A stretch of DNA of 64,000 nucleotides from Candidatus Doudnabacteria bacterium RIFCSPHIGHO2_01_FULL_46_24 (lineage in GTDB: Bacteria; Patescibacteriota; Doudnabacteria; UBA920; O2-02-FULL-48-8). The position numbers and the translations under genes were made by a program. Below are positions 46,876 through 56,828 of the stretch, one piece after another. The stretch spans positions 20,661-84,660 of the forward strand of contig MFEL01000010.1 of assembly GCA_001777575.1 (NCBI GenBank), given 5' to 3'. The notes under the pieces are model-generated. The model did no database searches. It was not told the DNA's origin and saw only the letters and a program-made list of their open reading frames with translations. The stretch's first letter is position 1; each line of letters starts with the position of its first letter.

Positions 46876-48876
46876 ATGCTCACAGAAACAAGTATTGTTT
46901 GGTTTGCAATTATCGCAGGCTTAGCCGCGATTGTTTATGGGTTCATTCTTACGCGGCTGGTCTTGAAAAAACCGTCGGGTGACGACAAAATGCGCTCCAT
47001 CGCCGCGGCCATCCAGGAAGGCGCATCTGCTTACCTTACGCGGCAATACAAAACCGTGGGGACAGTCGCAGCCGTGCTGGCGGTTTTGATTTATTTCTTT
47101 TTCAACATCCAGACCGCACTTGGTTTTTTGCTGGGAGCTATAGCTTCTGCCCTGGCTGGCTTCATCGGAATGTACGTGGCTGTGCGCGCCAATGTCCGAA
47201 CTGCCGAGGCGGCCAAAGTCGGATTGAAACCGGCTTTTGCCCTGGCTTTCAAGGGTGGTGCTGTAACCGGCTTGTTTGTGGTGGGTTTGGGGCTTCTGGC
47301 CGTGACTTTGTTTTTCGAATGGACGAATCATGATATCCCGCCCTTGATCGGCCTAGGTTTTGGCGCCAGCTTGATTTCAGTGTTTGCGCGCTTAGGCGGC
47401 GGCATCTTTACCAAAGGTGCGGATGTGGGCGCGGACTTGGTGGGTAAAATTGAAGCCGGGATTCCGGAAGATGACCCCAGAAACCCGGCCGTGATCGCGG
47501 ACAATGTCGGTGATAACGTCGGCGATGACGCGGGTATGGCCGCTGACCTTTTTGAGACCTATGCCGTGACCACGATTGCCGCCATGATTTTGGGCAGCAT
47601 CTTGTTTAGCAATAATGAAGTCTTTGTGCTTTATCCCCTGGCTCTGGGTGCAGTGTCCATATTCGCCTCAATTATTGGCAGCTTCTTTGTCAGGCTCACA
47701 GGCAAAGCCATTATGACCGCATTATACAAAGGCTTGGCCGTTTCGGGAGTCTTAGCTGCCATCGGCTTCTACTGGGTCACCAAAAGCTTATTTATCCCCT
47801 TCTTTAGCCAGAGCTTGTTTTATTCAACGCTGGTCGGCTTAGGAGTGACAGCGCTGATGGTTGTCATTACCGAATATTACACTTCCAAAAAATTCAAACC
47901 AGTCAAGTCAATTGCCCAGGCTTCCACCACAGGCCACGGCACCAATATCATCACGGGCCTGGCAGTTTCGATGCAGTCAACGGCTCTGCCGGTGCTGACG
48001 ATCGTTGCCGGAGTCATGCTCTCTTATCATTTCGGAGGCATTTACGGTTCAGCCATTGCCGTAGTTTCCATGCTCTCCATGGCTGGCATAATCGTAGCCA
48101 TAGACGCATTTGGGCCGATTACCGATAATGCCGGCGGAATCGCGGAAATGGCCGGACTGCCTGAGAACGTCCGACAATCAACGGATGCCTTGGATGCCGT
48201 GGGTAATACTACCAAAGCTGTGACCAAAGGTTATGCCATTGCCTCGGCCGGACTGGCTGCCGTCGTTTTATTCGCTTCATACACCGAGGAGCTTAAGCGC
48301 CTTGGGCAGAATTTAACTTTTGACCTTTCTGACGTGCAAGTGCTGGCCGGCTTGATCATCGGCGGCCTACTCCCCTATCTGTTCGCTTCCATGGCCATGC
48401 AGGCCGTGGGCAAAGCCGGGCACGCGGTGGTGGAGGAAGTCCGCAGACAATTCAAAGAAATTCCCGGCATTATGGAAGGCACCAGCAAACCTGATTACGG
48501 CAAAGCCGTGGACATTGTGACCAAAGCCGCAATCAAGGAAATGGTTATCCCCGCTTTGCTTCCGGTGGTGGTGCCAATCTTGGTCGCTGTGATTCCGTTT
48601 CTCGGTTTGAAAGCTCTCGGTGGTGTATTGGTTGGCTCAATCGTCACAGGACTTTTCGTCGCCATTTCTATGACCTCAGGCGGCGCGGCCTGGGACAATG
48701 CCAAAAAATTTATAGAGGAAGGTAACTTTGGCGGCAAGAAATCTTTTGCCCACCAAGCGGCCGTAACCGGCGACACTGTCGGCGACCCGTACAAAGACAC
48801 GGCCGGCCCAGCGATTAACCCCATGATTAAGATCATAAATATCGTCGCACTGCTAATTATCGGATTGCTGGTCTAA
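46876..48876 (+). CDS. hppA: membrane-bound proton-translocating inorganic pyrophosphatase
   Basis: [27 protein letters not shown], 15-16 TM. Confidence 0.95.
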   Translation: MLTETSIVWFAIIAGLAAIVYGFILTRLVLKKPSGDDKMRSIAAAIQEGASAYLTRQYKTVGTVAAVLAVLIYFFFNIQTALGFLLGAIASALAGFIGMYVAVRANVRTAEAAKVGLKPAFALAFKGGAVTGLFVVGLGLLAVTLFFEWTNHDIPPLIGLGFGASLISVFARLGGGIFTKGADVGADLVGKIEAGIPEDDPRNPAVIADNVGDNVGDDAGMAADLFETYAVTTIAAMILGSILFSNNEVFVLYPLALGAVSIFASIIGSFFVRLTGKAIMTALYKGLAVSGVLAAIGFYWVTKSLFIPFFSQSLFYSTLVGLGVTALMVVITEYYTSKKFKPVKSIAQASTTGHGTNIITGLAVSMQSTALPVLTIVAGVMLSYHFGGIYGSAIAVVSMLSMAGIIVAIDAFGPITDNAGGIAEMAGLPENVRQSTDALDAVGNTTKAVTKGYAIASAGLAAVVLFASYTEELKRLGQNLTFDLSDVQVLAGLIIGGLLPYLFASMAMQAVGKAGHAVVEEVRRQFKEIPGIMEGTSKPDYGKAVDIVTKAAIKEMVIPALLPVVVPILVAVIPFLGLKALGGVLVGSIVTGLFVAISMTSGGAAWDNAKKFIEEGNFGGKKSFAHQAAVTGDTVGDPYKDTAGPAINPMIKIINIVALLIIGLLV

Positions 48877-48884
48877 AAAACCTT

Positions 48885-48935
48885 CAACGCCTCATATGCA
48901 TGTGAGGCGTTGAATTTTGTCGTATTTTCGGGTAT
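48885..48935 (+). terminator. rho-independent terminator
   Basis: CAACGCCTCA-tatgcatg-TGAGGCGTTG followed by aatTTTgtcgtaTTTT. Confidence 0.8.
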
Positions 48936-48967
48936 GCTTATGTTATTCCAAGCCCAAGGAGGCTTCT

Positions 48968-49399
48968 ATGAGACAGCGGGTTATTCCCACTGTAAGTCAA
49001 CAGCAAAGGCTGGTTCTTGACCAGGATTGCGCCATCGGAATCATTCCTCGCCCTGGGACATGCCGCGCACTCGAACTGGTCATCCATCACGGCATGATTT
49101 ATCCGGCTCTCATCCTGCGCCGAAGCCGGTACAGCAAGCTGATTGTGTTTGACCAGGCCTTCTCCGGTTTGGATACAAAGGAAGCCCGAGCCCGCTTCCT
49201 AGAAAGCACCGTTATCCGATTCGACGAAGGCGAACCGGGGGCCGATATCTGCATTCTCCTCAACTTCGACGACCAGTGGCTGGAACAGTGGGTTTCTCCA
49301 GACTCACTCAAGCTGTTCCTTGCAAACGAAAACGACGTCCCGCCTATGCACCCGGCACGAGCCTCCGACCTCGAAGATTCAGCATTCGCGTTCTGCTGA
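48968..49399 (+). CDS. hypothetical protein (high GC)
   Basis: Strong SD AAGGAGG 7 nt upstream; 143 aa; GC about 58 percent. Confidence 0.45.
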   Translation: MRQRVIPTVSQQQRLVLDQDCAIGIIPRPGTCRALELVIHHGMIYPALILRRSRYSKLIVFDQAFSGLDTKEARARFLESTVIRFDEGEPGADICILLNFDDQWLEQWVSPDSLKLFLANENDVPPMHPARASDLEDSAFAFC

Positions 49400-49485
49400 T
49401 GCTAGACTTTTTGGGGTTATTTTTTTCGCAAACGATATTATACTTTTTTGCCCGTACGAGCAGAAAGGTATAATATCAAAAACCG

Positions 49486-50697
49486 CTAAAAAACTTTATC
49501 TATCACTCCGCCGCCCAGAAGCTCATCGCCCTGGTAAATCACCGCTGCCTGCCCAGGTGTTATCGCCCTCTGGGGTTGATCAAAGACTATTTTTAATCTG
49601 TTTTCTGTTTCCTGTTTACTGATTACTGCTGGATAATTCAGATGATGATACCGGATGCTAACCCCGGCTTCCAACGAAAACTCAGGAACATTGCCTACCC
49701 AACTGACATCAGTAATCGTAAATTCTTTTTTCCAGAGCTGGGGATCGTTCTGATCATTACTTACAAACAGCCGGTTAGTTTCAAAGTCCTTATTGACGAC
49801 GTAATAAGGACCATCGCCGCCCAAACCCATGCCCTCTCTTTGGCCGATCGTATAATAGGGCAAACCATCATGCTGCCCGATTACCTGGCCTGAAGTAGCA
49901 ACTATCTCTCCTGCTACGGCCGGGATTTTTTCTTTCAAAAATTCTCTGACATTAATTTTGCCGATGAAACAAATCCCTTGGGAATCTTTTTTGGCATAAT
50001 TGGGCAATCCAAACTTTTTGGCTATTTGACGAACTTTTGACTTCTTGTATTCCCCTATCGGAAACAAAATTTTTGCCAGCTGTTCTTGTTTCAAAGTGTA
50101 AAGAAAGTAGCTTTGGTCTTTAGCTGGGTCAATCCCTTTGCGCAATTGATAAATTTTAGGATTGCGGATTGCGGATTGCGGATTGGCTTTTAATTCGTAA
50201 TTCGTAATTCGTAATTTTTTAATTCTGGCATAATGCCCCGTCGCGACATAATCCGCGCCAAGGGATAAGGCCTTGTCCAAAAATAACTTAAATTTAATCT
50301 CGCGATTGCACATCACATCCGGATTGGGCGTCCGACCGGCTGCATATTCGCGCAAAAAATACTCCACCACTTTCTCGTAATACTCTTTTTCAAAATTCCA
50401 GACGTAAAACGAGATGTCCAAAACCTTGGCCACTTTTCTGGCATCCTCAGCGTCCTCGACCCAAGTGCAGCCAAAGTCTCCCCGCCCAGTTCTGCTGGGC
50501 GAGGCTCCCGCTCCAGAGCGAGGCTCGCTCAACTCTGTTGAGCGGCGCCCCGATTTCGGGGCGGCAAAATCCTGCGACCAATTCTTCATAAACACGCCAA
50601 TAACATCATAGCCCTGCTTCTTAAGCAAAGCTGCAGCCACGGAGGAGTCAACTCCCCCACTCATGCCCACGACAATTTTTTGCTTGGGGTTGGACAT
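49486..50697 (-). CDS. mnmA: tRNA-specific 2-thiouridylase MnmA with two in-frame repeat insertions
   Basis: PP-loop VGMSGGVDSS, GHYAR, DQSYFL. Confidence 0.9.
   Translation of the reverse strand: MSNPKQKIVVGMSGGVDSSVAAALLKKQGYDVIGVFMKNWSQDFAAPKSGRRSTELSEPRSGAGASPSRTGRGDFGCTWVEDAEDARKVAKVLDISFYVWNFEKEYYEKVVEYFLREYAAGRTPNPDVMCNREIKFKLFLDKALSLGADYVATGHYARIKKLRITNYELKANPQSAIRNPKIYQLRKGIDPAKDQSYFLYTLKQEQLAKILFPIGEYKKSKVRQIAKKFGLPNYAKKDSQGICFIGKINVREFLKEKIPAVAGEIVATSGQVIGQHDGLPYYTIGQREGMGLGGDGPYYVVNKDFETNRLFVSNDQNDPQLWKKEFTITDVSWVGNVPEFSLEAGVSIRYHHLNYPAVISKQETENRLKIVFDQPQRAITPGQAAVIYQGDELLGGGVIDKVF
50155..50216 (+). repeat. in-frame tandem repeats (GCGGATT)x3 plus (AATTCGT)x3 inside mnmA
   Basis: Encodes ITNYELKANPQSAIRNPKI on the minus strand; same words as the UTR hairpin repeats (CGGATTACG family). 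Confidence 0.65.
50478..50570 (+). repeat. in-frame GC-rich palindromic insertion inside mnmA
   Basis: Three hairpins: GAGCGA-ggc-TCGCTC, CGCTCAAC-tctg-TTGAGCG and GCCCCG-attt-CGGGGC; encodes AAPKSGRRSTELSEPRSGAGASPSRTGRGDFG. Confidence 0.6.
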
Positions 50698-50746
50698 ATA
50701 ACCATCGGCGTCTAGTATAAATAAAAAAGAGTCATGCTTCAAGCAG

Positions 50747-50929
50747 CTAGGCGCCGTTTGCGATGACTTTGTTGACTTGCCCCAGGGCAACGTGCAGCGC
50801 TCTCGCGATCTCCCGCTGTGATGCTCCTCTTGCTGCCAGTTGCCTGATAGCCCGGTCTCTGCGCTTTTTGAGTCGCATCAACTCTCTACGGAAATTGAAC
50901 TCCATGCTCGTCTCTAATGCCATGTTCAC
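50747..50929 (-). CDS. small HTH protein (sigma region-4 / Fis-like HTH)
   Basis: ASQREIARALHVALGQVNKVI; about 58 aa. Confidence 0.35.
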   Translation of the reverse strand: MNMALETSMEFNFRRELMRLKKRRDRAIRQLAARGASQREIARALHVALGQVNKVIANGA

Positions 50930-50966
50930 CCTCCTTCAGAATCATGGCTATGTTAGCAGATTATTC

Positions 50967-51713
50967 TTATTTTGTCACACGATCTAAAATCTCGTCTGCC
51001 TGCATCAACTGTTGCGAAGTGTTGATGCCGAACGCTTCCAAAGGATCAACGGGAATGGTTTCAATCCTGGTGCCGTTTCGGATGCCGATTTCCAATAGAT
51101 CGGTCAAATAAAACTCACCATGTTTGTTTTGGCGCACAGCATCGATATTTCGCTTAAGCCATTCGGTCTGGAATAAATAAATGCTGGGATTGACTTCTAA
51201 AATATTCTTTTCCTGATCGCTTGCGTCGACAAGTTCCACATTTCTAACCAAATTGCCGTTTTCTCGAAGCAGCCGGCCGAAGCCGAAATGGGAAGCGTAA
51301 ATCCCTTCAAAGTGCGGCACTGTGCTTGAGAACATGGTAAATTCCAAGTTTCGTTGTAAATGATGCTGTATAAGCCTCTGCAGGCTCTGGGATTTTATAA
51401 ACGGCATGTCGCCATACAATATCAGCGCGTGTTCAGCGCTTACATGGGGAACAGCGGCCTTCACAGCCGCGCCCGTGCCATGCTCGTCGTTCTGAAACAC
51501 ATACTTAAACGAGCTTCCCAATGCCGACTGAACCAGCTGATATTTGTGCTTAACAACAACGATCGGCCTGGATTCCAAGCCAAGTTTTTCAACTTCTTTC
51601 AAGAGCCAAGAGATCAACGGCACGTTTTTCAGATGGACCAAAACCTTGGGCAAATCTGAAGCTCCCATTCTTGTCCCCTTGCCTCCGGCTAGAATTATCG
51701 GTTGAACATTCAT
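50967..51713 (-). CDS. sugar-phosphate nucleotidyltransferase (GlmU N-terminal-like)
   Basis: IILAGGKGTRMG; native-like GC (about 46 percent). Confidence 0.75.
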   Translation of the reverse strand: MNVQPIILAGGKGTRMGASDLPKVLVHLKNVPLISWLLKEVEKLGLESRPIVVVKHKYQLVQSALGSSFKYVFQNDEHGTGAAVKAAVPHVSAEHALILYGDMPFIKSQSLQRLIQHHLQRNLEFTMFSSTVPHFEGIYASHFGFGRLLRENGNLVRNVELVDASDQEKNILEVNPSIYLFQTEWLKRNIDAVRQNKHGEFYLTDLLEIGIRNGTRIETIPVDPLEAFGINTSQQLMQADEILDRVTK

Positions 51714-51763
51714 GCAATTGTTATGTTAAAAAGAAGAGAGGGGAAGAAGCAGGCCTTCCCCAT

Positions 51764-52825
51764 TCACACTACCGGCTGCGGATTGTGCTCGATGCGCCAC
51801 AGCAACTGCAGCCGCAAAAATGCATCGGCACGCACTTGCTGCCAGCACCAGCCTTCAAACTCTGGGTCCCGAGGAAGAGCCGAGAACAGCAGAAACCCAG
51901 CACCCTCATCTGCCCAAAGGAATTGATCCGGGCCCATCGGCGACCCGATGCCAACGCCGTACTCTGCACGCCATTGTCGGACGAATTGGAGGATCCGCTC
52001 CATGTCATCGTCCCATTCCAGCGGACGCAGCTCAGTCATAGCCACCTCTCTGGTTCTGATTACAGCTCGAACTTCGTCCAGCTCCTCGCTGGTGTTGACT
52101 CCGAGCGCTTCGCTTGCGTCTTCCAGAGGCACTTCCAGGATCTTCGCACCCTGGTCGTGCGCGATCAACAGCAGCTTGGGCAAGTGCAGCTCCGGCGGAT
52201 GGCCGTCGCCTTTGTCTACAGGTGGGATGTGCGACAAGTTTTGAGCCAGCCACTTCCGCTTAAAGACATACAGCGATGGATTTACAGTCGCCGCTCCCGA
52301 AAGCATCCGGCCGGCAAGCTCTGATGGTTCAAACGCTGCCAAAATGGCGCCGCGCTCATCCCGGGCGATACGACCGTACCGCTCGGTACTGTGTCCCGGC
52401 CGCAAACGCAGCGTGACCATGCTGATTGCAGCATCGCCATCATTTAAGTGTGCCTTTGCCAATCTCCGCAGGGTGTCCGGCCTCCACAAAGGCATGTCGC
52501 CAAATGTGACGAGCACGTCTGCAGCATCGCCGAGCTCTGGCAGGGCACAACGTACGGCGTCAGCAGCCCCATATCTTCCCGCCTGCTCAACGATTCGCAA
52601 GCCGCGGCATTCAAAGGGTTCCAGCGCTTTCCGAATCTGCGCACCGTAACCATTGTTGCCAACAACAACGGCAAGCTGATCCTCAATGCCTGCTTCCAGC
52701 ACGATACGGATGATCCGCTGAATCATCAGTTCGTCGCCGGTCGTTTCCAGTACTTTCGGGCTGGAACGAACAGGGCAGACTGACCCCCAGCCGGCAGCTG
52801 GAATAACACACGCAAGCTTTCCCAC
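51764..52825 (-). CDS. second sugar-phosphate nucleotidyltransferase paralog with an extra about 100-aa C-terminal domain (high GC)
   Basis: VIPAAGWGS; shared EALGVNT/EAFGINT block with the neighbouring paralog; GC about 60 percent. Confidence 0.7.
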   Translation of the reverse strand: MGKLACVIPAAGWGSVCPVRSSPKVLETTGDELMIQRIIRIVLEAGIEDQLAVVVGNNGYGAQIRKALEPFECRGLRIVEQAGRYGAADAVRCALPELGDAADVLVTFGDMPLWRPDTLRRLAKAHLNDGDAAISMVTLRLRPGHSTERYGRIARDERGAILAAFEPSELAGRMLSGAATVNPSLYVFKRKWLAQNLSHIPPVDKGDGHPPELHLPKLLLIAHDQGAKILEVPLEDASEALGVNTSEELDEVRAVIRTREVAMTELRPLEWDDDMERILQFVRQWRAEYGVGIGSPMGPDQFLWADEGAGFLLFSALPRDPEFEGWCWQQVRADAFLRLQLLWRIEHNPQPVV

Positions 52826-52876
52826 GATGTCCTCCTTCGTGTTTCCCAGCCAAAACTGGTTTCCAAGTTCAATCGG

Positions 52877-53623
52877 CTATAATTTGCTCCAATTGAACTC
52901 AAAAATGAGTTTCTGCGTCTCAGCAATTTCCCGATTTTGAATTAGCACACCGACCGGATTGTCAGTGTTGTCCAGACTGATATGCGCGACCTTGCCGTCA
53001 TAAATCAGTTCGTAAGTCGCGTCGAGGCCGGTTTTTCGGCTCGCTATCCACCTTCTTTCATCCAGGCCGACCAGCTGCCCGCCTTCTCCTAAGGATATGG
53101 TCTGCACGGCAATTCCCCGCTTGATGCGCTTGCTGCTGAAATCCGGCATGGCAGCATAGACATTTTTACGGACACTGGCCGAGGAAAAAACATAGTATTT
53201 TTTTTCTGAAGCCTTTTCCATGCTATCCAGCACGTCCTGAAGTATGGCCCGAATGCCCTCCGGTCCTTCGTAGAGCTTGACCACAGGTTTGCCTCCCCTT
53301 TTTTCAAAAATCAACTTAAGCTCAGGTAGGGTTTCTTCCACTTGCTTTTTGACCTTTTCAAGTTCCTTTTGCTTTCGCTCAACCAGCATAAGGATTTTCT
53401 CCGGGTCGCTGGCCACAAAATATTGGTGCGTGGTCTTGTCCAAATAATTCACCAAGTCCAACTCAAGCAGTCTCTTGAGAATGTCATATGTGGTACCGCG
53501 ATTGATCTTGGAATGCTGCGCCAGGGTTCGTACCGGCACGGCGCCCAATTCTATAAGACACAGATAAATCGCGATCTCCTTGTCAGTCAAGCCTATTTCT
53601 TTAAGCAAGCTTTCAGTTTGCAT
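52877..53623 (-). CDS. TrmB-family transcriptional regulator
   Basis: N-terminal wHTH LGLTDKEIAIYLCLIELGAVPVRTLAQHSKINRGTTYDILKRL; TrmB C-terminal domain. Confidence 0.8.
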   Translation of the reverse strand: MQTESLLKEIGLTDKEIAIYLCLIELGAVPVRTLAQHSKINRGTTYDILKRLLELDLVNYLDKTTHQYFVASDPEKILMLVERKQKELEKVKKQVEETLPELKLIFEKRGGKPVVKLYEGPEGIRAILQDVLDSMEKASEKKYYVFSSASVRKNVYAAMPDFSSKRIKRGIAVQTISLGEGGQLVGLDERRWIASRKTGLDATYELIYDGKVAHISLDNTDNPVGVLIQNREIAETQKLIFEFNWSKL

Positions 53624-53684
53624 GGCATAGCCATTTTACTTTTTTCGTCGGGCAGGTGTCAAATTTATTTCTGCAGTAAATCGA

Positions 53685-53735
53685 AAATAGCCTCAAATAT
53701 GAGGCTATTTTACGATTTTTCTTGTCAATCTAAAA
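53685..53735. promoter_or_regulatory. two palindromes between the ATPase operon end and the trmB start: TAGCCTCA-aat-ATGAGGCTA (terminator-like) and TTGTCAAT-ctaaa-ATTGACAA (operator-like)
   Basis: 8-bp perfect arms each. Confidence 0.45.
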
Positions 53736-53743
53736 TTGACAAA

Positions 53744-55510
53744 TTAAAATTTTACCGTCTCGCCAGGCTGGATATGTCCTGTCTGGTCATGACTTTTATC
53801 CACAGGTAAATCTGCTTCTTGCTGCGGCTTTTTTAAGGATTCCGCCAGACCCTTGCTCAGGGTTTCAACTGCAGACTCTGTTTTCTTCGTCTGCTGATTG
53901 AGTACCTTGTCCCAAACCGGATTATCCGGCTTTTTCTCATTACTTCTTCGGGTGGAATGCTCTTGGGTTTGCTTTTGCCTTCTCTCAATCTGCCTGCGAT
54001 CCTCTCGCTGAGGTTTCTTTTGCTCAGTTGGCTTAAACGGTGCGGTGCGGTCAGTCTTTGGTTCAAGCGGGTCTGCCTGCCCAGCATCAGCTTGGTGCTG
54101 GGTCTGCCTGATGGCTTGGGCGCTCCCTGCCGTTACACGCTCGCGATAGCGCAGCTCTTCCTGCAGGTCTTGCTGGTCCACCGCCGCACTCTCGGCCTGG
54201 GCAGCCTCTGCATGAAACTCAGCGCCCATCCATTTGTTGATTTTTTCCTCGATCACAGACCTGGGCGTGGCGTAACGCTCTCTGGAAACTTTAATCACTT
54301 TTTCGGTGTTACCGGTGGGAACCGAGATTGGGGGCAGAGTGGTTGCGGAAAACGGATGCGAGGCCACACCGTTAATCATCAGTTTGAGATAAATATTGTA
54401 CTTGGCTAAATTCACCAAATCATTCATCGTATATTCCGGCTCAAATTCCTTTTCCAGAAACTCGGCATCTTCCGCTCCCATCCTGAAACAAACCATGGTC
54501 CCGACGTTGCCGAAAATGGCGTCCCGAACCGTTGTGTTTCGCTCAAATACCAGCTGGCCGATATACTGGTGCGCCACGATTAGGTTGAGTCGGTACTTCC
54601 TGGCTTCGGATAATATATTGGCAAAAGAATTGGTCGCGAAATTTTGGAACTCGTCGACGTAAAGGTAAAAATCTTCGCGAGTTTCCTCGGGTATATCCAC
54701 CCGGCTCATGGCCGCCAGCTGCAATTTGGTGATGAGCATCGCACCCAGCAGGGCGGAGTTGTCTTCCCCAATGCGGCCCTTGGACAGGTTGATCAAAAAG
54801 ATCTTCTTGTTATCCATAATATCGCGCAAATCTATGGCGCTTTTAGTCTGGCCGACTATGTTGCGGATGATGGCCGAGGAAAGAAATTGCCCAACCTTGT
54901 TTTGGATAGGGGCAATGGCTTCGTTTCGGAATTTATCGTTATAATTGGCAAATTCGTCCACCCAAAAAGACTTGACCACCGGGTCTTTGATATTGTCCAC
55001 AATTTTTTTTCGGTAAGCTTTATTGACCAGCATCCGCGCAATCCCAAGCATGGTGTTGCCGGGAGAGTCAAGCAGGGCCAAAATCGTGTTGCTTAAAATA
55101 TATTCCATCCTGGCCGACCACACTCCGGCCCAGATTTTGGTAAACACCCCCATCAATCCCGAGGCGACCAAATGCTTGTATTTGGGATCCACCGCTTCCA
55201 GCGGATTGAACGCGATCGGAAAGTCCAAATCAGCCGGATTGAAATAAACCACGTCATTGACTCTGTCGGAGGGGATATATTCCAAGACTTTTTCCACCGA
55301 ATCGCCGTGCGGATCGACAAACGTCACGCCGTGTCCGTTTTGGATATCCTGAACGACCATATTCTCGATCAAAGTGGTTTTACCCATGCCGGTTTTTCCA
55401 ATGATGTACATGTGCCGGCGCCGGTCGTCTTGGCGGATGCCAAAAGGCGTTTCGCGGTTGCGAAAATTGGTTTTGGCGAACAAGATGATATCGTTATTCT
55501 GGTCCATAAT
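53744..55510 (-). CDS. FtsK/HerA-superfamily P-loop ATPase (DUF87 / T4CP-like), lacking its own TM anchor, with a long disordered Q/E/K-rich C-terminal tail
   Basis: Walker A IIGKTGMGKTT, FVDPHGD, Walker B LYVDEFQNF, AHQYIGQL; probable start MDQNND at 55510, 1 nt after the upstream stop. Confidence 0.7.
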   Translation of the reverse strand: MMDQNNDIILFAKTNFRNRETPFGIRQDDRRRHMYIIGKTGMGKTTLIENMVVQDIQNGHGVTFVDPHGDSVEKVLEYIPSDRVNDVVYFNPADLDFPIAFNPLEAVDPKYKHLVASGLMGVFTKIWAGVWSARMEYILSNTILALLDSPGNTMLGIARMLVNKAYRKKIVDNIKDPVVKSFWVDEFANYNDKFRNEAIAPIQNKVGQFLSSAIIRNIVGQTKSAIDLRDIMDNKKIFLINLSKGRIGEDNSALLGAMLITKLQLAAMSRVDIPEETREDFYLYVDEFQNFATNSFANILSEARKYRLNLIVAHQYIGQLVFERNTTVRDAIFGNVGTMVCFRMGAEDAEFLEKEFEPEYTMNDLVNLAKYNIYLKLMINGVASHPFSATTLPPISVPTGNTEKVIKVSRERYATPRSVIEEKINKWMGAEFHAEAAQAESAAVDQQDLQEELRYRERVTAGSAQAIRQTQHQADAGQADPLEPKTDRTAPFKPTEQKKPQREDRRQIERRQKQTQEHSTRRSNEKKPDNPVWDKVLNQQTKKTESAVETLSKGLAESLKKPQQEADLPVDKSHDQTGHIQPGETVKF

Positions 55511-55511
55511 T

Positions 55512-56822
55512 TTAACCAATCGGTAAATCAGCCGGCGGAGCTGATTTGACTGCCTGAACTTTTTCAAGCTGGGAGACCCTGACATTCGGCGCAACTGGGA
55601 AATGAAAAACCGTGGCGAGCTCTTCGGTATTCATATAGTTCTCTCCAGTTCCCTGCCAAATTTTTCGCCCGAGGAAATAATGCCACATATGGCGCTTGCG
55701 GACCAAGGTTTGGTGGCGCAAAGCCGGGGCTTCCAAAGTTGGCGACAGCTTATAATCCGGGTTGGTCCAGGTGTGGGCGATATCCGGCTTAAGGCCGTTC
55801 AAATTCACATCATCAAAATTGCGGAATGCGCCAATAATCTCCGGCACGCGCAATGATCGGTTGAACTTGTCCTTGGGCGCCAGATAAAGCAGGCGAAGTT
55901 TGAACTTGTAATAAATTTTGCCAAGAGCATTCTCCACGTCTGCAATAATTTTTTTTTCCACGTCGCTTTTGTGCAGCATCAGAGTCGGCGGCTCTTCCTT
56001 GACATGCTGTTGTTCCACTTCTGCTTCAACTCCCATAATATCATGCACTAAAATATCCATAAAATACCTGGGAATGGAGATAACACTGTTAAACCAGCCG
56101 TTCTTATGTTCAGAGCGAGCGCCCTTGAGTTCGTCCAAAAGATACTTGGTGTTTTTTTTCCAGTCGTCATTAATCGGCTGGATGCAAAGCTGGTAAGCCA
56201 GCAGTTCCCAGGGTTGAATATTGCTCATAACTTCAATAATATTGGATACCGGGTCAATGAATGTCTCCTGCTCCTTGTGTTCAAATCCCATAATCAGCCG
56301 GATGGGATAGGCATTGTCTTTTTTTTTGTTCAGCTGTGTGCCCCAAAATTCAAAATCAGCGGATTGAGGATAATACTCATGCGGCATATTCCTGAGGTAG
56401 TCTTCGGTTTCACTAATCTCGGCTCTTGGGTACTGGGCGAAAATAGCGCTCTCCAAAAGCGCGCGATAACGCTTTGGTATTTTGAATATGTACGAAACCT
56501 TGCCGCCGAGAGAAACAATTTCGCAAGACAACCACAACACGCTCTTGCCGCCAAATAGAGTTTCACCGAAGCTGTAATTGGTATGGATTGCGTGGAGCGC
56601 GGCGAATACTTGCTCCATGGCTAACGACGAGCGCTCGTTCAGGTCATGAATTTTAAGCTCCAAGAAAATCCATTCAATGCTGTTAATATAAGCCGTATTG
56701 TTTTTGATCGTGGTCAGCTTGTACCACATCCAAAGCAGCAGGCCCAAAAAAAATACCCAGCCAAATGGGACCAAGCCGTAATCCACCGCAAAACTGAATA
56801 AATCTCGTAGCGCTTGAATCAT
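55512..56822 (-). CDS. hypothetical membrane protein (N-terminal TM), partner of the ATPase
   Basis: TM GLVPFGWVFFLGLLLWMW followed by an about 400-aa soluble domain with no known motif. Confidence 0.5.
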   Translation of the reverse strand: MIQALRDLFSFAVDYGLVPFGWVFFLGLLLWMWYKLTTIKNNTAYINSIEWIFLELKIHDLNERSSLAMEQVFAALHAIHTNYSFGETLFGGKSVLWLSCEIVSLGGKVSYIFKIPKRYRALLESAIFAQYPRAEISETEDYLRNMPHEYYPQSADFEFWGTQLNKKKDNAYPIRLIMGFEHKEQETFIDPVSNIIEVMSNIQPWELLAYQLCIQPINDDWKKNTKYLLDELKGARSEHKNGWFNSVISIPRYFMDILVHDIMGVEAEVEQQHVKEEPPTLMLHKSDVEKKIIADVENALGKIYYKFKLRLLYLAPKDKFNRSLRVPEIIGAFRNFDDVNLNGLKPDIAHTWTNPDYKLSPTLEAPALRHQTLVRKRHMWHYFLGRKIWQGTGENYMNTEELATVFHFPVAPNVRVSQLEKVQAVKSAPPADLPIG

Positions 56823-56828
56823 GGAAAA

